This document shows positions 59,663 to 64,000 of a stretch of 64,000 nucleotides of DNA, in pieces; the first letter of the stretch is position 1, and every line of letters begins with the position of its first letter. Under the pieces are notes generated by a model. The model worked only from the letters and a program-made list of their open reading frames with translations. It was not told the origin of the DNA and did not search any database. The stretch comes from Octopus vulgaris (Eukaryota): the NCBI GenBank assembly GCA_951406725.2, contig OX597832.1:17794001-17858000 (forward strand). The letters are read 5' to 3'. Made by a program: the position numbers and the translations under genes.

Positions 59663-60107
59663 GCGCGTATGTATATACAATGCGCCTTCTTTAGTTTCAG
59701 GCTACCAAATCTACTCACAAGACGCTTGCCCAATGTGCCACATTGTCACTGAATGCGGATCCATATGGTTGGGGAGTAAGCTTCTTACCACAAAGCCACG
59801 CCTGCATATATATGTATGCATGACCAGTTGTTCACGACTGAGAACGAACGAACTATCTCGAAACTGAGTCGGTCTCGCGATACTGTTGTCTACTGGAGGA
59901 TGCTAGGTGGTCGCTACTCTACTACCAATATATATGTACAGGGTGCAGAGCTGCACCGATAACCAGCTGACAGTAGATCTGCTAGTAGTAACATTGAACG
60001 GCTATTTTGATGTGACAATTAACTTTACTTGTAAGTACTACTTCTACTTTAATCACTTCTTAAACTGTTACTACTAGCTGCTTTTATATATATATAAATA
60101 TTTTTCA

Positions 60108-60515
60108 CGTAGGAGTGGCTGTGTGGTAAGTAGCTTGCTTACGAACCACATGGTTCCAGGTTCAGTCTCACTGCATGCCACCTTGGACAAGTGTCTTCTA
60201 CTATAGCCTCGGGCCGACCAAAGCCTTGTGAGTGGATTTGGTAGACGGAAACTGAAAGAAGGCCCGTCATATATATGTATATATATGTGATTATGTGTGT
60301 GTATACGTTTGTATGTCTGTGTTTGTCCGCCCCCCCTCACATCGCTTGACAACCTATGCTGGTGTGTTTACGTCCCCGTAACTTACCGGTTCGGCAAAAG
60401 AGACCGATAGAATAAGTACTAGGCTTTCAAAGAATAAGTCCTGGGATCGATTTTCTCGACTAAAATGCGTTGCTCCAGCATGGCCACAGTCAAATAACTG
60501 AAACAAGTAAAAGAG
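60108..60515 (+). mobile_element. SINE family B, near-consensus full length
   Basis: GGAGTGGCTGTGTGGTAAGTAGC...AACTGAAACAAGTAAAAGAG. Confidence 0.9.
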
Positions 60516-61114
60516 TATGTACGTACACACACGCACACGCTCTCAGATACACGTATATATGTGTGACCAAAGGATAGTTATCCAAGAACAGTGACCCTCC
60601 AACTTGTACTAAAATAGCATATGATAGCTGCTGAGAGAGGAGTGCCTCTCCTAGTTTTCAGTTGAAGAGACTGGCAGAATGTCCAATGAAAACGTTTTCC
60701 TTATGGATTCTGCAGGCTGCTTTGCCTAAGCTTCGAAGCTTCAGTTATGAATCCCATATATGACGACTTGTCTACGTATCTTTACATATTCCCTCACATC
60801 ATAAACAAACACACACACGCAGGGGTACAGACACACACACACGCAGGCGTACAGACACACACATGCAGGCGTACAGACACACACACACGTATACGATGAT
60901 CAACAAATATGCGCAACCGGATCTAGAACGAAGATCAAGAAGTTTCCTACACTCAACTGTCAGAACTTTCAGCTGCAACCAATTTCACAGTTGTGTACTC
61001 CTCTTATTAAAACCTATGCTTCAATTCGTACGTAATATGACTTTTATATATCTAATATAAAATGAAGACTACATTCTCCATTTTAAAATGACTTTGATCA
61101 TAAATCTACAATTT

Positions 61115-61240
61115 CTTGACCATTTGGGACTAAACAACAACGGCTTAGTCTTGCTCAAAGCTGTCCCAGAAGATATCGACGAAAAGAAGTTCGATACTGA
61201 ACACCAACAGATCGATATCGTGGGTCTCCAAAGGACTATA
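61115..61240 (+). mobile_element. Possible LINE APE N-terminal remnant
   Basis: QQIDIVGLQR resembles the APE DIxxLQET motif; short and weak. Confidence 0.3.
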
Positions 61241-61341
61241 TATTTATGTCACAGCCATTCTTTGATTATTGAACTGAATTGCAAACCGATTTATTTTCAT
61301 ACCGCAATGTATGTATGGATGTACGTACGTACGTATGTACG

Positions 61342-61381
<40 letters not shown>

Positions 61382-61824
61382 CTCATGAATGTATGTTAGT
61401 AGGTAGGTCGGTAAGTAGGTAGGTTGGTAGATACCTATAAATATATACATACGTGTATATTTATATATTTATGTAGGTATACACACACACAAACACACAT
61501 ATATAAATGTATATATATTATCATTTCAAAATGTCTCAAAGAGAGACGTTCAGTAACATTTCTTTAAAGGAAAGGCGATTTACCTATATAATGAGGCTGT
61601 CCTGAAAGGGCAATAACTCAGGAACTAGTTCACAGATGCTGGTTTGCGCTAGGTTGGAGTGCTGGGCTCCCTGTTCGAGAACATGAGGATACAATGTGCC
61701 GTATAGCCAGCTATTGACGATTCTCCTCGGGGCTGAAACAGCAGTAACATCGTCCCTTCCGGGAAAGCCACATTATTTTGGTAAATATCCATTACTTTGT
61801 ATATATACATAGATACCTTTTAGG

Positions 61825-62020
61825 GTTTAGCTTTCTCAGCCATTATATTGTGGCCATGCTGGGGCACAGACTTAAAGGTATTTAGTTGGAGATTTCGAGC
61901 CCAGCATTTATTTTTTGTTTAAGCTTAGTATATAGTCTATCGTTCCCTTTTACTAAACCGCTAACTACAGGGACGTAATCAGATCAACAATGGTTTTCAA
62001 GCGGTGTTGGGGGCCACACA
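61825..62020 (-). mobile_element. SINE family B 3' half
   Basis: TGGCCATGCTGGGGCAC...CGCTAACTACAGGGACGTAA. Confidence 0.65.
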
Positions 62021-62063
62021 AATACATACACACATACACACGCACACAGACATGTATATTCAC

Positions 62064-62885
62064 ATTGGGCCATCCCATAACTCTTGCGTTTTATTTTATT
62101 TTTCACAATTAAGATAAACTTTTTTATTCTAAAATTTACTCTCCTTCATTTTCTACAATGCTCTTCAATCTATCTGGAAGACTTGCAAGGCCCCTCTTCC
62201 AAAATTCCCTTGTCCGTGATGAAAAATACTCTTCCGGTACTGTTCTGACCTCATCTACAGAATTCGTTTTGTTTCTGTCCAAATGATTTTGACGACAGCG
62301 GAATAAATGACAACCAGATAAGGCAATGTCCGACGAAAATGGTTGCTGGGGCATTGTTTCCTATTCAAACTGCTCCAGTCTTTGGAATGTCAACCTCAAG
62401 TATTATCCTGATGGAAGAATACTTTTCGCTTTGAAACCGAAGATGGTCGTTTTTATTTTAACGTTGACTTAAGCCACTCAAGCTGTCCACAATAGATCTC
62501 CTATGCTATCCTTTGGTCTGGAGTTGACTAAATCTTTCATATCCCACCAAACAAAAAGTTTGTGAGGAACCCATTGACCCAATTTTATAACTTTTCAGGC
62601 GTTGATGAATGGTTGAATGATAAAATCCAAGCTTGTCTGCTAGTTCCTCAACATTTACAATGGACCTTTGTTCCACCGGGGTTGGCAGGACGCCCTCCTC
62701 GAGACCTACAGATTTTCAAGGCTGTAGTTTCCAGCTCTGAACTTCTTGAACCACCGTTGACACTGGCTTGACACTGGTTTACGCATATTGTCCGTTCTCC
62801 ACCTACTGCATCAATATTCTTCGCACTTTCCGTTGGGTAAACTGGGACATTGATAAAGAAATATTGACCAAATGTGAAATCGTCT
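62064..62885 (-). mobile_element. Decayed, internally deleted mariner (3' TIR present)
   Basis: TESAKNIDAV, EELADKLGFYHSTIH, GQWVPHK, VWWDM, FSSDIALSGCHLF (YSPDLAPSDYHLF-like), WKRGLASLPDR; TIR at 62064-62095 similar to that at 19030-19061. Confidence 0.8.
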
Positions 62886-63084
62886 GTGTTAACTAAATCC
62901 CCAAAATGGAGCCTTGTATCTTTGTTTGAAACCGGCTCCCTCCTCAGTGGAAGATTTATAATATTTAAAGAATAAAAGAAACATAGATACATACATGCGT
63001 ACATGCACATATACATGGGTGGGTGGATGAGTTGATGGATTGTTAGATAGATATATAGATAGATAGAGAGACATACAGATAGAC

Positions 63085-63142
<58 letters not shown>

Positions 63143-64000
63143 ATAAATAGATGGATGGATGGATGGATGGATGGATGGATGGATTGATGGGTAGATGGAT
63201 GGATAGACATGTCTGTATATATGCATGTGAGTAAACATGCGCTTTACACCTGAGTAGGTTATTAAAGTTTTTAATTATTTTTGCATTTTAGAATTCAAAG
63301 CTCTTACTAAAAAAAAGGCAAGACTCTCTTTTTGAAATCAGACAGCATTTTGGACCTGTAGATAGGTGAATCATTTAATATGCATGCGCACATGCAGCTG
63401 CACGTGTAGATAACCTTGCACTCGTGTAATGGGTGTGTATTTCACTTTTGTACACATGAGTGTACTTCTTCGTTATTTCCACGGACTTGCGTACGAATAG
63501 AGCCATTAGCATGCATAACCAAGTGTCTACCTAGCACAATCTGTTACATGGTAACCTGCAAACTATTACAATCTGTTACACATTGTGGATGTCAGTAAGG
63601 TAACTGACAAACCCCAGCAAGCGTAGTTTGTGTTTAGGTTGATTTGTTTTACCACGTAAAAATTTGGCCGAACATAGGAGTACCAACGGCTAAAAAAAAA
63701 TGTATATACGTGTAGCTACATGTATTCACATGAATATGTGTGTGCAATTCCGGTCGTATTCTTTATTCTTTCATGCATTTCAGCTCAGAGGCCGAGGTCA
63801 TGCTGGTTCAACGCCAGTATCATCACCTTTTCATGGACATTCCCCTGTGATTGACTTTTTAAGTTCTACGCATCTTGATTTTTGTCTCTGCTTTGTGGAT
63901 GCTTCAATAGAGTGTCCTTCGTACTACAAGTGCTTACAGCAGTATACTGATGTTTCAGTACTACTGCGTCGTCTTTATTTAGAAATCCAAATTTGACACT

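Noticed and set aside
59834-59874. CTGAGAA...GAAA-ctgag-TC motif
   Set aside because: The 3-8 pair is mismatched and stems I and II cannot both form.
61710-61752. TTGACGA...GAAA-cagcag-TA motif
   Set aside because: No stem I and a non-palindromic stem III.
63700-63996. 98-aa ORF behind a pyrimidine-rich CAG
   Set aside because: No recognisable motif, at the window edge, cannot be supported.

Overview
AT-rich, repeat-saturated metazoan genomic DNA; the repeat content suggests an Octopus/coleoid cephalopod (inference). No intact protein-coding gene is recognisable, and nearly all ORFs in the track are translations of (TA)n/(CA)n/(TACA)n/(TAGA)n/(AAT)n tracts or SINE consensus. The window holds dozens of copies of four tRNA-headed SINE types (called A-D here), decayed LINEs (RTE, Tx1/L1, R4/Dong), two decayed mariner copies and two MITEs. 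A few splice-site-bounded candidate exons lie on the minus strand near 2.6-6.3 kb. The most interesting signal is about 12 short elements, mostly embedded in (TA)n. Many are asymmetric fold-backs, and they carry minimal type I hammerhead ribozyme (HHR) motifs with a palindromic stem III, the hallmark of Penelope-like-element (PLE) termini. They come from several different sequence families. They include candidate cores with compensatory changes at the tertiary C3-G8 pair (G3-C8 at 7040-7090; U3-A8 at 39397-39434 and 43042-43083) and one tRNA-headed element with an HHR-like tail (10910-11365). All pairings were read by eye; no folding or database search was run.
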